Part shown: positions 9,429-20,185 of the stretch, piece after piece | Layout of the letters: each line of letters starts with the position of its first letter | Numbering within the stretch: position 1 is the stretch's first letter | Assembly: GCA_964638865.1 (NCBI GenBank) | Contig: CAZXBG010000002.1 | Location: forward strand, 24,427-88,426 | Source: an uncultured Chitinophagales bacterium | GTDB taxonomy: Bacteria > Bacteroidota > Bacteroidia > Chitinophagales > BACL12 | Length of the DNA stretch: 64,000 nt | Reading direction: 5' to 3' | Made by a program: the position numbers and the translations under genes | Notes under the pieces: model-generated | Told to the model about the DNA's origin: nothing | Database searches by the model: none | What the model saw: the letters and a program-made list of their open reading frames with translations, nothing else

Positions 9429-11186
9429 TTATTTTTGAATGACTAGCTGATCGGTATACCGGATTTGATCGTTTTGTACTGTAATAATATAGATACCGGA
9501 AGGCAAATTTTTAAGATCTATACTTATAGATTCTCCTTTGAGACCAATATTAAATTCTTCATTAAATACTGTAGTGCCAGTAACACTTAATATATTGCAA
9601 TTAAATTTACCTGAAGCAGGCAAAATAATTGTTGTTGTATTTTTTGCAGGATTTGGATAAAGTAACATTTCTTCATTTGTAGTCTCGGAAAGTTCCTCTC
9701 TACAAACGGCTGTTGTGAAATTCTGCACAGCCGAAAATGCGGAAACCAAATCAACTCCAACGGTATCACAAATTGTTCTGATTTGCCACATATAATTTTT
9801 ATTACATTGCAGATTTTTAAGATTTAATATGTTGTTAATTCCAGGTACAAATTTTTTCTTCCAGGTTGCTGCTGTAGATTTTTTATACCAAACCTCATAT
9901 TGAAAAGCACCTGGAACAAGGGTCCAGTTTAATCGGGCTTTAGTTGTTGTGATATTATTTGTGAATAATCCTGATGGCACATCGCAAGTAATTATTGTTT
10001 CCTGTGTAAAATGTGCTGTAGCTCCTCCAACAACATAGATACTGTAGTCATTGCCAAAAACAAATCCATTGGCATAACTGCCGGAGCAATGTGCAACCCA
10101 TCCGCTGCTTCCATCGGCATTTACTTTGCAAACAGCCATTTCAAATAGGGTTCCTGCAGCAAAATAAGCATTATTTGCTGCATCTAATTTCATTATTGCA
10201 TGCAGTAGTAAATTAAATCCTGCACCATCTGCATCAAGATTTTCCCAAATAACATTTCCGAGTTGATCATATTTTATAAATGCAATTCCCGGAGTACCTC
10301 CATTTGGAAATCCTGCAACAATTGGTTCATTGTCGTTTCCAACTTCAACTTTTGAAGCAGCAATTCCATTTATTTCATCCCAAATTATGGTACCTGTTGG
10401 GGATAATTTTGTAATTATACTACCGGCATCTATCACAACATATTCACCGTTAATTATATAAGTATTTCCGAAAGCATCACCCGCCGCATCTCCTCCGGTT
10501 AAACTTAATATTCCTGCATAACTCCATATTTCATTTCCATCAAGATCTATTTTTGCATAGCCGTTCACACTTCCTACAATTCCTCTTCCGGAAATTATTA
10601 TTTTATTATCAGGAGTAAATTTAAAATTCTGCGCAGCACCTATCCCGGCAGCATTAAAATAATTCCAGAGGGCCGTTCCGTCAGGTGCAAATTTTTTAAC
10701 TTTTGTAACAAATCCCGGAACTCCGCTTCCCATTCCAAGTACATAAATATTATTATCGGCATCAATTAAACATTTTTTTGTATAAGAACCATCAAAACTG
10801 GTCTCATATACAACGCGCCAAATCAGAGCACCCGATGGATTAAATTTCATGATAACACTTGCTGCATTTACAGGCGATGCATATCCTGACCGAATTGTTC
10901 CTGTTACAATAATATTGTTATCGTTGTCAGTTTCAACCCAGGTTGCAACTTCATGTCTTGTATTGTCTGTATTATCAAAAGAGGTTACCCAAAGAAAATT
11001 GCCGGCAGCATCTCTTTTGGTTAGTGATATATCACCCGCCGGATTATAATCCCAATTAACAGTATAAACATTGTCGCTGGCGTCAGTTGCAATTGCAACA
11101 CCACCGGTAAATTGAAGCCAATCAAGAGTTACTTGTGCCGTACCAATTATTGGTATTAATAATAAACATAAAATAAAGTTTTTCAT
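9429..11186 (-). CDS. T9SS cargo: beta-propeller-repeat protein with FN3-like domain and type A C-terminal sorting domain
   Basis: Signal peptide. Repeated NN(I/A)Y(V/I)(T/L)G blades. ARLNWT..QYEVWYKK FN3-like module. LLYPNPAKNTTTI.. CTD. Confidence 0.8.
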   Translation of the reverse strand: MKNFILCLLLIPIIGTAQVTLDWLQFTGGVAIATDASDNVYTVNWDYNPAGDISLTKRDAAGNFLWVTSFDNTDNTRHEVATWVETDNDNNIIVTGTIRSGYASPVNAASVIMKFNPSGALIWRVVYETSFDGSYTKKCLIDADNNIYVLGMGSGVPGFVTKVKKFAPDGTALWNYFNAAGIGAAQNFKFTPDNKIIISGRGIVGSVNGYAKIDLDGNEIWSYAGILSLTGGDAAGDAFGNTYIINGEYVVIDAGSIITKLSPTGTIIWDEINGIAASKVEVGNDNEPIVAGFPNGGTPGIAFIKYDQLGNVIWENLDADGAGFNLLLHAIMKLDAANNAYFAAGTLFEMAVCKVNADGSSGWVAHCSGSYANGFVFGNDYSIYVVGGATAHFTQETIITCDVPSGLFTNNITTTKARLNWTLVPGAFQYEVWYKKSTAATWKKKFVPGINNILNLKNLQCNKNYMWQIRTICDTVGVDLVSAFSAVQNFTTAVCREELSETTNEEMLLYPNPAKNTTTIILPASGKFNCNILSVTGTTVFNEEFNIGLKGESISIDLKNLPSGIYIITVQNDQIRYTDQLVIQK

Positions 11187-11203
11187 AATTTTAATTTAAA
11201 TTT

Positions 11204-13039
11204 TTATTTTGAAATAATAAATTGATCGTTTATAATATTGTTTTGTGTTTCGAATTGAATGATATACATTCCGGATGTTAAATTGCTGACATCAATTGTT
11301 TGAATATCCGAACTCGGGTTGTCAATAATTAATACTATTTTTCCTGATAGATCGAGAATGATAATATTTTTAATTGTAAAATCACCAATAGTGATATTTA
11401 ATACTTCTGTTGCCGGATTTGGAAATATTGAAATATTTTCCTCCATAACAGATGTTTCTTCCCTGCAAATTAAAGTTGTAAAATTTTGCAACGCAGAAAA
11501 ATCAGAAACCACATCAACTCCAACGGTATCACAAATTGTTCTGATTTGCCATTCATAATTTTTATTGCACTGTAAGTTTTTCAGGTTTAATTTATAGTTA
11601 ATACCGGGAACAAATTTTTTCTTCCAAACAGCTGCAGTTGTTTTTTTATACCATACTTCATATTGAAATGCATCAGGATTAATGGTCCAGTTAAGTCTTG
11701 CGTTTGTTGTGCTGATATTATTTGTATATAATCCTATAGGTGTTTCACAAATTGTAGGAAATACCTGTGTATAGTGTATGGTAGTTGCATACATTTGAGC
11801 CACAGCATAAATCGAATTATCTGATGCAAGACAAATTGCTGAACCAATATTTGTGTAATAATCGTGTAAGGCTGTCCATTCTGCGATTCCATCAGGAGTG
11901 TATTTAATGGTAACCATTTGTGTTAAACTTGTCCAGAAATATCCTGGCCATGGACCTCCCTGCCCTGTTACATAAATATTATCATCATCATCCTTTACCA
12001 TCATCATTGGTATTTCATCATTGCCGGTATGTTCATCATATATCTGCGACCACTGAAGAACTCCTGAACTATTGATTTTAAATGTTATCCAATCGAAATA
12101 AAGATCACCATAACCAATAATATATGCTCCGCCGGAATTATCACTTTCAATTTGACGGCCAAATTCTTCATTGCCGAAACCATAATTTTGCGACCATATT
12201 AATGATCCTGTTGAATTGTATTTCTTAACTGTAATATCAGTAGAAATAAAAGGAATTTCTCCAAATGAGCCATGTGATAACACAAAAATATTTCCAAACG
12301 GATCCAGATCTATGTCTTTTATTCCATATTCTATACCGCTGATGCTCCATAATATATTTCCATCGGGTGAAATTTTTGCCATGGTTGAACCATAAGATGC
12401 TATTACGATATTGCCTGCTGCATCATATTCCATATTATGCAAAGTACCGCCAATAGGATTTCCCAGGTCATCAGCAATAATTGACCAAATTTCATTGCCA
12501 TTCGTATCATATTTTTTCACCATCATATTGCCAACTTCCGCATGATAAATCATCCACGCATTTACCTCTCCTCCAACATAAATATTTCCGGAAGCATCGG
12601 TTAAAACTTTGCGACCTCTGTATGCAGAGCCTGTATTGAAAATTTTTCGCCAGATTAATACACCGTCTTCGCCATTAAATTTCATCGTAACTACCTGAAC
12701 CGGAAACCAATCCGTTCCAAATCCGGTATTTGTATAACCTGTTACAATAGCATCACCATTAATATCTATTGCAACGCAACTTGCAACTTCCCATTGAGAA
12801 GGGGTGGTATTGTCATAGGTTACTGCCCATAAAATAGTCCCATCGGCACTTCTTTTTGTCAGGTAAATATCGCCATTGAAAATGTCGCTGAGTGTAAAAG
12901 CGTTGTCGGCAGCATCAACAACCACCATTATACCATCCTTGCCGTAGTAATCATCCTGTGAAACCCAGTCCTCAGTAACCTGAGCGCGAAGGGATAGTGT
13001 TGTAAGGGATAAGGCCGTAATAAAGAGTATTTTTTTCAT
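11204..13039 (-). CDS. T9SS cargo, tandem paralog of 9429..11186
   Basis: Same architecture as its neighbour. Start set at MKKILFITAL (ATG at 13039). IFPNPATEVLNI CTD. It shares a 38-nt perfect DNA match with the neighbour (11514-11551 = 9751-9788). Confidence 0.8.
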   Translation of the reverse strand: MKKILFITALSLTTLSLRAQVTEDWVSQDDYYGKDGIMVVVDAADNAFTLSDIFNGDIYLTKRSADGTILWAVTYDNTTPSQWEVASCVAIDINGDAIVTGYTNTGFGTDWFPVQVVTMKFNGEDGVLIWRKIFNTGSAYRGRKVLTDASGNIYVGGEVNAWMIYHAEVGNMMVKKYDTNGNEIWSIIADDLGNPIGGTLHNMEYDAAGNIVIASYGSTMAKISPDGNILWSISGIEYGIKDIDLDPFGNIFVLSHGSFGEIPFISTDITVKKYNSTGSLIWSQNYGFGNEEFGRQIESDNSGGAYIIGYGDLYFDWITFKINSSGVLQWSQIYDEHTGNDEIPMMMVKDDDDNIYVTGQGGPWPGYFWTSLTQMVTIKYTPDGIAEWTALHDYYTNIGSAICLASDNSIYAVAQMYATTIHYTQVFPTICETPIGLYTNNISTTNARLNWTINPDAFQYEVWYKKTTAAVWKKKFVPGINYKLNLKNLQCNKNYEWQIRTICDTVGVDVVSDFSALQNFTTLICREETSVMEENISIFPNPATEVLNITIGDFTIKNIIILDLSGKIVLIIDNPSSDIQTIDVSNLTSGMYIIQFETQNNIINDQFIISK

Positions 13040-13290
13040 AAAAATTGAAATTATATGTATATACAAAGAAATTGATTAAAAAGGAAAAAACAGATGACTT
13101 TCGTTCTGTAAACAGGAAACTATAGTCACCAATTGAACAATGTTCATTAGAAAAATTTTCAGCAAATAGGGTTAAGGCTGTACGTAAAAAAGAGACAGGA
13201 TATTATGATTTGCAGATGATCAATTGATACATATATCAATTTAAGAATATCCCAACACGATATGTAAATGGGTCATAAAAAAGTAGACAT

Positions 13291-13626
13291 TTATGCAATT
13301 CGAAGCCCGTTTTCAATTGTTTTATCAGGGTGAAGTAAAATAACAGATCCGTCAAGCTGCATCACTCCCAATACAAGGCATTCACTGAAGAAATTGGCAA
13401 TTTGTTTGACAGGAAAATTTACAACCGCTACAATTTGTTTACCGATCAATACTTCCTTATCATAGTGAACGGTGATTTGTGCACTGGACCTTTTTATTCC
13501 AAGATCGCCGAAATCAATGGTGAGCTGAAAAGCTGGTTTTTTAGCTCCGGGAAATTCCTGAACCTCCAAAATAGTACCCGTTCTGATCTCCAATTTTTCA
13601 AAATCGTTATACGTAATTTTTTCCAT
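13291..13626 (-). CDS. tRNA-binding (CsaA/EMAP-type OB-fold) protein
   Basis: MEKITYNDFEKLEIRTGTILEV..AKKPAFQLTIDFG..SSAQIT is typical of CsaA-like tRNA-binding domains. The ATG at 13626 lies 1 nt after the upstream stop. Confidence 0.8.
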   Translation of the reverse strand: MEKITYNDFEKLEIRTGTILEVQEFPGAKKPAFQLTIDFGDLGIKRSSAQITVHYDKEVLIGKQIVAVVNFPVKQIANFFSECLVLGVMQLDGSVILLHPDKTIENGLRIA

Positions 13627-13627
13627 A

Positions 13628-14854
13628 TTAAATTTTAATAAAGGGTTTAACAATACTTTCATTTTCGTATTGAAATTTTACGAAATAGACGCCCTTCAAC
13701 AAAGCACTTATATTCAAATTGTAATCAACTTCTCCGAAATAGCTATCGTACGGAATTGATCTTATGATCTCTCTGCCAAAGGAATCATATATTGTAATTT
13801 GTGTAGCTTGTTGTAAACCGGTTTTTAATTTTATGGCAATAAAGTTTTGCGCAGGGTTTGGAAATAAAAAAATAGAATTATCATATTCCGGAACATTAAA
13901 TCCATTCACGTTTAAAACGGCCATACCTCCAAAAGTTCCCGCCCATACATTTCCTGCCTCATCTATAAATAAACCATCTGCTGTACTATGAGGTAAATTT
14001 GAATTTGAAGTGTAAAACTGTTCCCAATCTCCGCTCGGATTTGTTTTTGTAATACCATCATGGGTGGCAAACCAGATATTTCCATCAGGGTCAATTGCCA
14101 TACGGTTCACGCTGTTGTGTGTTAACTCGGAAGTAACTGTATTGTAAACAAACAACCATACATCAGAAACTGGGTCATACTTTTCCACTCCAAGAAAATC
14201 GGCAATATATAAAATACCCTCCTCATCGCTTATAATGGTGCGTATTAAATTTGAATTAAGTCCCGAATTATCATAATTGTAATTCGTAAAAATGCCATCC
14301 GTTAATTTTGTAACACCTGAAAATCTGCTCCCTATCCACAGGGTATTATTTTTATCATTTAATAAACAGGTAATATCATTAGCACCGAGTTCTGAATTGG
14401 TGGAATCAAATATTTGCCAGCTATCATTCTGCACTTTTGTTAAACCCTTATTAGTTGCGATCCACAATATTGCATTAATACTGTCATAGGCAATATCATT
14501 TACCTGATTTCCCGGCAATGGAGAATTTGATGTGTCGAGCCAACTCCAAATATTGTTTTCAAAAATGTATAATCCACCATAATAAGCTCCGGCATAAATT
14601 TTATTATTAAAAGTTCTTATAATCCTAAAATCGTTGCTCCCAACTTGAAGATTGTTTTTGTTGTAGGAGGTAATTACTCCTGTTGTCTGATCAAATACTT
14701 TTATACCGGCGTTTTGAGTAGCAACCCAAATTTTATCATCTTTTGAAGTAATACTTATTACTGTATCTGTGATGCCGGTTAGAAACCAACTATTATTTTG
14801 TCCGCTTGCGAACCTAAAGAGGAGAACTAAAATGCAGAAAAAAGATGTTTTCAT
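13628..14854 (-). CDS. T9SS cargo with two-component-regulator-propeller-type repeats
   Basis: Signal peptide. Repeated W(I/V)(A/G)T..G(L/I/V) blades as in Reg_prop sensors. LFPNPAQNFIAI CTD. Confidence 0.7.
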   Translation of the reverse strand: MKTSFFCILVLLFRFASGQNNSWFLTGITDTVISITSKDDKIWVATQNAGIKVFDQTTGVITSYNKNNLQVGSNDFRIIRTFNNKIYAGAYYGGLYIFENNIWSWLDTSNSPLPGNQVNDIAYDSINAILWIATNKGLTKVQNDSWQIFDSTNSELGANDITCLLNDKNNTLWIGSRFSGVTKLTDGIFTNYNYDNSGLNSNLIRTIISDEEGILYIADFLGVEKYDPVSDVWLFVYNTVTSELTHNSVNRMAIDPDGNIWFATHDGITKTNPSGDWEQFYTSNSNLPHSTADGLFIDEAGNVWAGTFGGMAVLNVNGFNVPEYDNSIFLFPNPAQNFIAIKLKTGLQQATQITIYDSFGREIIRSIPYDSYFGEVDYNLNISALLKGVYFVKFQYENESIVKPFIKI

Positions 14855-15055
14855 GAGTAAACTAAAACTAATTTAAAATTACATATTTTTATTGAACAGA
14901 TTTACTTTTTTAGACAATTCAAAGTGCTGAATTACACGCATTTAGCTTAAACGAATCTTTTTAACTTAATCTTGTGCACAATCTGTTTAAAAATACCTGC
15001 CTTTTTTTGCATCTTCATTTGGGCTTCTTTCGAATTTAGCCGACCTTTAAAAAAA

Positions 15056-18000
15056 ATGAAATTCTCCCACCTTCACAACCATACTATGTTTTCGCTGCTC
15101 GATGGAGCAAGCGATATTAGTCGATTATATAAAAAGGCGGTTGCCGACGAAATGCCCGCACTGGCTATTACCGACCACGGTAATATGTTTGGCGCCTTTC
15201 AGTTTGTAGCGGAAGCGTATAAACACAAAAATGCTGACGGAACTCCGAAGATAAAACCTGTAGTGGGCTGCGAATTTTATATCGTCAGCGATATGTACAG
15301 GAAAAATTTTACCCGGGAAGAGAAGGATGTTCGCTACCACCAGGTATTACTCGCCAAAAATGAGGTTGGATATAAAAATTTGGTCAAAATGTGTTCCTTA
15401 GGCTACACGCAGGGAATGTATGGAAAGTATCCACGCATCGACAGATCTGTGGTCGAAAAATATCATGAAGGGTTAATTGCCACTACATGTTGCCTCGCCG
15501 CAGAAGTGCCGCGTGCAATCATGAAAAAAAGTAAGGAAGAAGCAGAAGAAACTTTTAAGTGGTGGCATAAATTATTCGGGGATGATTATTATATAGAATT
15601 GCAACGGCACGATATACCGGATCAGATTTATGTGAATGATGTTTTAATGCAGTATGCAAAAAAATATAATGTGAAAGTGATCGCAACAAACGATGCACAT
15701 TATGTTGACCAGGGTGATGCAAATGCACATGATATTTTATTGTGTATCAACACCGGCGAAAAACAGGCAACTCCAAAAATGAAAGATTTTGGAGATGATG
15801 ATATGCAGAGCAAAGGAAAACGATTTGCTTTTTATAACGACCAATTTTATTTTAAAACATCATCAGAAATGATAAAACTTTTTGATGATGTTCCGGAGGC
15901 AATTGAAAACACCAATGAAATAGTGGATAAAATTCAATTACTCGATCTTAAACGCGATATTTTGTTACCCGCATTTCCTGTACCAACCGAATTTAAAATT
16001 CATGAGGATGATGTATTAAACCAATGGGAATATTTAAAATCCATCACTTTCGACGGAGCAAAAAAACGTTATGGAGAAATTGAAGCTCTAACCGAAGAAC
16101 GTATTAACTTCGAATTATTTACCATTAAAACAATGGGTTTTGCCGGGTATTTTCTCATTGTAATGGATTTTATTAAAGCAGGTCGCGACATGGGTGTGTT
16201 TGTTGGGCCCGGAAGAGGTTCGGCAGCGGGGTCAGTGGTTGCATATTGCATCGGGATAACCAATATTGACCCGATGAAATATAATTTACTTTTCGAAAGG
16301 TTTTTAAATCCCGACAGAAAGTCGATGCCCGATATAGATACAGATTTTGATGATGATGGAAGACAAAAAGTAATTGATTATGTTGTTCAGAAATACGGAA
16401 AAAATCAGGTTGCACAATTAATTACCTACGGCACCATGGCCGCGAAAACAAGTTTAAAAGATGTTGCGCGCGTTTTGGATATGGCTATTTCTGAAAGTAA
16501 TGCATTAAGTAAATTTATTCCGGAGCGACCAGGCATTACTTTGAATAGATTTATTAATGCTCCTTTAAATGGTGATAATTCTTTATTTGAAAAAGAAAAT
16601 TTATCGCCGGATGAAATGGCAAATGCTAAAGCATTAAGAAAAATTTTCGAAGATGGCGATGATTTGAGAAGCAAAGTAATTAAAGAAGCTTTAGTATTGG
16701 AAGGTTCTGTTCGCAACACCGGAGTGCATGCTGCAGGATTAATAATTGCACCTTGCGACCTCACTGATCTGCTTCCTATTGCAGTTGCAAAAGATTCCGA
16801 TCTCTACATCACACAATTTGAAGGTGAAGTAATTGAAAATGCCGGCGTAATTAAAATGGACTTTCTTGGTTTAAGAACTTTGTCTATTCTTAAAACCGCA
16901 TTAAATTTAATTAAACAAAATCATGGTGTAGTAATAGATATTGATACAATTGTTTTAGAAGATAAACCTACTTTTGAACTCTATCAACGCGGTGAAACAA
17001 ACGGCACCTTTCAGTTTGAGAGTCCGGGAATGCAAAAATATTTGAAAGAACTCAAACCCGATAAATTTGAAGACCTAATTGCGATGAATGCATTATATCG
17101 CCCGGGTCCTATCGAATATATTCCAACCTATATTAAACGCAAACACGGCAGGGAAGAAATTCATTACGACCTTGTTGAAATGGAGGAGATATTAAAGGAA
17201 ACTTATGGTGTTACGGTATACCAGGAACAGGTAATGTTACTTTCGCAACGCCTCGCTAATTTCACAAAAGGAGATGCCGATACCTTGCGCAAGGCAATGG
17301 GTAAAAAACAAAAAGATGTACTCGACAAAATGAAATCGAAATTCATCGAAGGTTGTGAAAAAAATAATTTTGATAAAAAGATTTGTGAAAAAATTTGGGG
17401 AGATTGGGAAGCATTTGCACAATATGCATTTAATAAATCGCACTCTACCTGTTATGCGCTCGTTGCTTATCAAACAGCATATTTAAAAGCAAATTACGCA
17501 GCAGAATATATGAGTGCTGTGCTCACACATAATCAGGGCAACATTGAAAAAGTGAGTTTCTTTATGGATGAATGTCGCCGTATGGGAATTTCTGTTTTAC
17601 CTCCTGATGTGAATGAAAGTAATGTAACTTTTGCGGTAAACAAAAATGGAGAAATTCGTTTTGGGTTAACTGCAATAAAAGGGGTAGGAGAGGCAGCAGT
17701 AGTTGAATTAATAAGAGAACGCAATGCAAACGGTCCCTATAAAAGTTTATATGATCTTACCCGAAGAGTGAATTTACGCAGTGTAAATAAAAAAACATTA
17801 GAGTCGTTAGTACTTGCCGGTGCTTTTGATAGTTTTAACGTGTTTCGCGCACAGTATTTTGCAATTGGAAAAAATGAAACGATTAATGTTTTAGAAAATG
17901 CAATTCGCTACGGAAATAATTTTACCGATAATATAAATAATGCACAAAATACCTTGTTTGGAGATACTATTGACAGCGAAGTTGCAGAGCCTAAAATTCC

Positions 18001-18664
18001 GGAATGGCCGGAATGGAATACCGTTGAAAAATTAAAAAAAGAATTTGAGGTGATAGGCATTTATTTAAGTGGTCACCCTCTCGACGATTACCGAATTGAA
18101 GTGGATGCATTTAAAACCTGCGCAATTAATGAAATAGAAAAATTTACGGATAAGGGGGAAGTTTCCATAGTAGGTTATATCGCATCAACAGATACCAAAA
18201 TTGGAAAGTCTGGAGATAAATACACCATTTTTTCACTGGAAGATTTTAGTGGTCATTTAGAGCTCGGATTATTTAAAAGTAATTATATCAAGTTCAAGAA
18301 TTATGTTGACCAGACGGGAAACGTATTATATGTAAAAGGAAATTACCAAACAGACAGGAACGACCCCGAACGAAAACGTTTTTGGGTGACTGATATTCAA
18401 TTGCTGAGCGAAATACGTGAAAAAAAGGCGATGAAGATCACTTTATGTATATCTCTTTCCGATTTGAACGATAACTTTATAAATGCAGTTGGTGAGCTTA
18501 TCAAAACGCATCCCGGAAATGACAGGATCTCCTTAAAAATTGTAGAAGAAACGGAGAACTTTGATGTGTATTTACGAACCCAAAATGGCTGTATCAAAGC
18601 CGAAAGACCAGTTTTGAACAGTTTGGGGAAATTTGGTGAGGTGACTTTAAAAGTGGCTGGTTAG
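15056..18664 (+). CDS. dnaE: DNA polymerase III alpha subunit
   Basis: MKFSHLHNHTMFSLLDGAS PHP domain, polymerase core and OB-fold tail, about 1200 aa. Start moved to the ATG at 15056. Confidence 0.96.
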   Translation: MKFSHLHNHTMFSLLDGASDISRLYKKAVADEMPALAITDHGNMFGAFQFVAEAYKHKNADGTPKIKPVVGCEFYIVSDMYRKNFTREEKDVRYHQVLLAKNEVGYKNLVKMCSLGYTQGMYGKYPRIDRSVVEKYHEGLIATTCCLAAEVPRAIMKKSKEEAEETFKWWHKLFGDDYYIELQRHDIPDQIYVNDVLMQYAKKYNVKVIATNDAHYVDQGDANAHDILLCINTGEKQATPKMKDFGDDDMQSKGKRFAFYNDQFYFKTSSEMIKLFDDVPEAIENTNEIVDKIQLLDLKRDILLPAFPVPTEFKIHEDDVLNQWEYLKSITFDGAKKRYGEIEALTEERINFELFTIKTMGFAGYFLIVMDFIKAGRDMGVFVGPGRGSAAGSVVAYCIGITNIDPMKYNLLFERFLNPDRKSMPDIDTDFDDDGRQKVIDYVVQKYGKNQVAQLITYGTMAAKTSLKDVARVLDMAISESNALSKFIPERPGITLNRFINAPLNGDNSLFEKENLSPDEMANAKALRKIFEDGDDLRSKVIKEALVLEGSVRNTGVHAAGLIIAPCDLTDLLPIAVAKDSDLYITQFEGEVIENAGVIKMDFLGLRTLSILKTALNLIKQNHGVVIDIDTIVLEDKPTFELYQRGETNGTFQFESPGMQKYLKELKPDKFEDLIAMNALYRPGPIEYIPTYIKRKHGREEIHYDLVEMEEILKETYGVTVYQEQVMLLSQRLANFTKGDADTLRKAMGKKQKDVLDKMKSKFIEGCEKNNFDKKICEKIWGDWEAFAQYAFNKSHSTCYALVAYQTAYLKANYAAEYMSAVLTHNQGNIEKVSFFMDECRRMGISVLPPDVNESNVTFAVNKNGEIRFGLTAIKGVGEAAVVELIRERNANGPYKSLYDLTRRVNLRSVNKKTLESLVLAGAFDSFNVFRAQYFAIGKNETINVLENAIRYGNNFTDNINNAQNTLFGDTIDSEVAEPKIPEWPEWNTVEKLKKEFEVIGIYLSGHPLDDYRIEVDAFKTCAINEIEKFTDKGEVSIVGYIASTDTKIGKSGDKYTIFSLEDFSGHLELGLFKSNYIKFKNYVDQTGNVLYVKGNYQTDRNDPERKRFWVTDIQLLSEIREKKAMKITLCISLSDLNDNFINAVGELIKTHPGNDRISLKIVEETENFDVYLRTQNGCIKAERPVLNSLGKFGEVTLKVAG

Positions 18665-18775
18665 ATTTGCAGATCGGATGGTGAGAAGGAAAGTGTGTTT
18701 TGGAGGAACTAATCCGGCACCTAATTGTTTAAAATAGAGTTCTTAATTAATAAACCAATAAAATCAAAAATTACT

Positions 18776-19093
18776 ATGGCATTAGAATTTAACGATGCAA
18801 ACTTCAAGCAAGATGTGCTTGACAGCGAAAAACTAACCGTGATCGACTTTTGGGCTGAATGGTGCGGCCCTTGCCGTGTTGTTGGACCAGTCATTGAAGA
18901 ATTGTCGAAAGACTACCAAGGCAAAGTGAACATCGGCAAGGTGAACGTTGACTTTAACCCGGAGATATCTATGATGTACGGCATCCGCAACATTCCAACT
19001 ATTTTATTCATTAAAAATGGTCAGGTTATTGACAAACAGGTTGGTGCAGTAGCTAAAAGTGTGCTTGATGCCAAGGTAAAACAGCATATGTAA
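18776..19093 (+). CDS. trxA: Thioredoxin
   Basis: 105 aa from MALEFNDANFKQ with WAEWCGPC active site. Confidence 0.95.
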   Translation: MALEFNDANFKQDVLDSEKLTVIDFWAEWCGPCRVVGPVIEELSKDYQGKVNIGKVNVDFNPEISMMYGIRNIPTILFIKNGQVIDKQVGAVAKSVLDAKVKQHM

Positions 19094-19114
19094 TTTGTAA
19101 ACATACTTATTAAG

Positions 19115-19145
19115 AGCCTTCCTGCGTTAGTCGGAAGGCTTTTTC
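19115..19145 (+). terminator. Rho-independent terminator of trxA
   Basis: AGCCTTCC-tgcgttagtc-GGAAGGCT followed by TTTTT. Confidence 0.8.
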
Positions 19146-19243
19146 ATGCACCATGAATAGAAAATCAATTGAACATAAGAACCTTCTTAGGTGTTTTCTT
19201 AGATTTTCTTATTCAGGGTAATTTACTTTAATTTACACAAAAT

Positions 19244-20185
19244 ATGAGTTCTACCAGACAATTAATGTCCATTCAGGACCTCCGGAGTATAGAAAACCTG
19301 GAACTTCTTGCCAAACAGGTTGTGGAGGGGTTTATTTTGGGGCTTCATAAAAGCCCTTTTCATGGTTTTTCTGTAGAATTTGCCGAACATAGAATTTATA
19401 ATCCCGGAGAGGCTACTCGTCATATCGACTGGAAAGTTTATGGGAGAACAGATAAGTTATTTACAAAAAAATATGAGGAAGAAACTAACCTGCGTTGCCA
19501 GATTGTAATCGATGCGTCCTCAAGTATGTACTTCCCCGAAGCCGAAAAAAATGAACAGGGGTTGCATATCAACAAACTTATATTTTCTGCAATTTGTGCC
19601 AGCTCAATAATGCATTTATTAAAATTGCAAAGAGATGCAGCCGGGCTTACCATTTTTGCAGATGATATTTTATTGCATACTAAAGCTGCGAGTAATATCG
19701 TCCATCAAAAATTATTGCAATCACAATTGGAAAATTTTATCGGAAAATCTTCCAGGGATCTGAAAACGGAAGCTGCAAAATGTTTACACGTTATTGCAGA
19801 AAATGTACATCGCAGAAGTTTGGTAATTATTTTTAGTGATATGTTTGAAGGGAATGAAAATACGGAAGAACTTTTTTCTGCTTTGCAACATTTGAAACAC
19901 AATAAACATGAAGTGATCCTGTTTCACGTAGTGGATAAAAAACATGAAATTGATTTTACTTACGACAATCGCCCGTATGTTTTTGTTGATATGGAAAGCG
20001 GTGAAAAGGTAAAAGTGAGAAGTAATGAAGTAAAGGCGCATTACACCGAACAAATGGTAAATTTTATGAAGAATCTAAAATTACGCTGCGATCAGTATAA
20101 GATTGATTTTATTGAGGCAGATATGAATAAGGAGTTTAATCAGGTATTAATGCCATATCTGGTGAAGAGAATGAAGATGAAATAA
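19244..20185 (+). CDS. DUF58 (vWA-like, MoxR-partner family) protein
   Basis: SPFHGFSVEFAEHRIYNPGE..IDWKVYGRTDKLFTKKYEEE signature of DUF58. No MoxR ATPase in the window. Confidence 0.75.
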   Translation: MSSTRQLMSIQDLRSIENLELLAKQVVEGFILGLHKSPFHGFSVEFAEHRIYNPGEATRHIDWKVYGRTDKLFTKKYEEETNLRCQIVIDASSSMYFPEAEKNEQGLHINKLIFSAICASSIMHLLKLQRDAAGLTIFADDILLHTKAASNIVHQKLLQSQLENFIGKSSRDLKTEAAKCLHVIAENVHRRSLVIIFSDMFEGNENTEELFSALQHLKHNKHEVILFHVVDKKHEIDFTYDNRPYVFVDMESGEKVKVRSNEVKAHYTEQMVNFMKNLKLRCDQYKIDFIEADMNKEFNQVLMPYLVKRMKMK

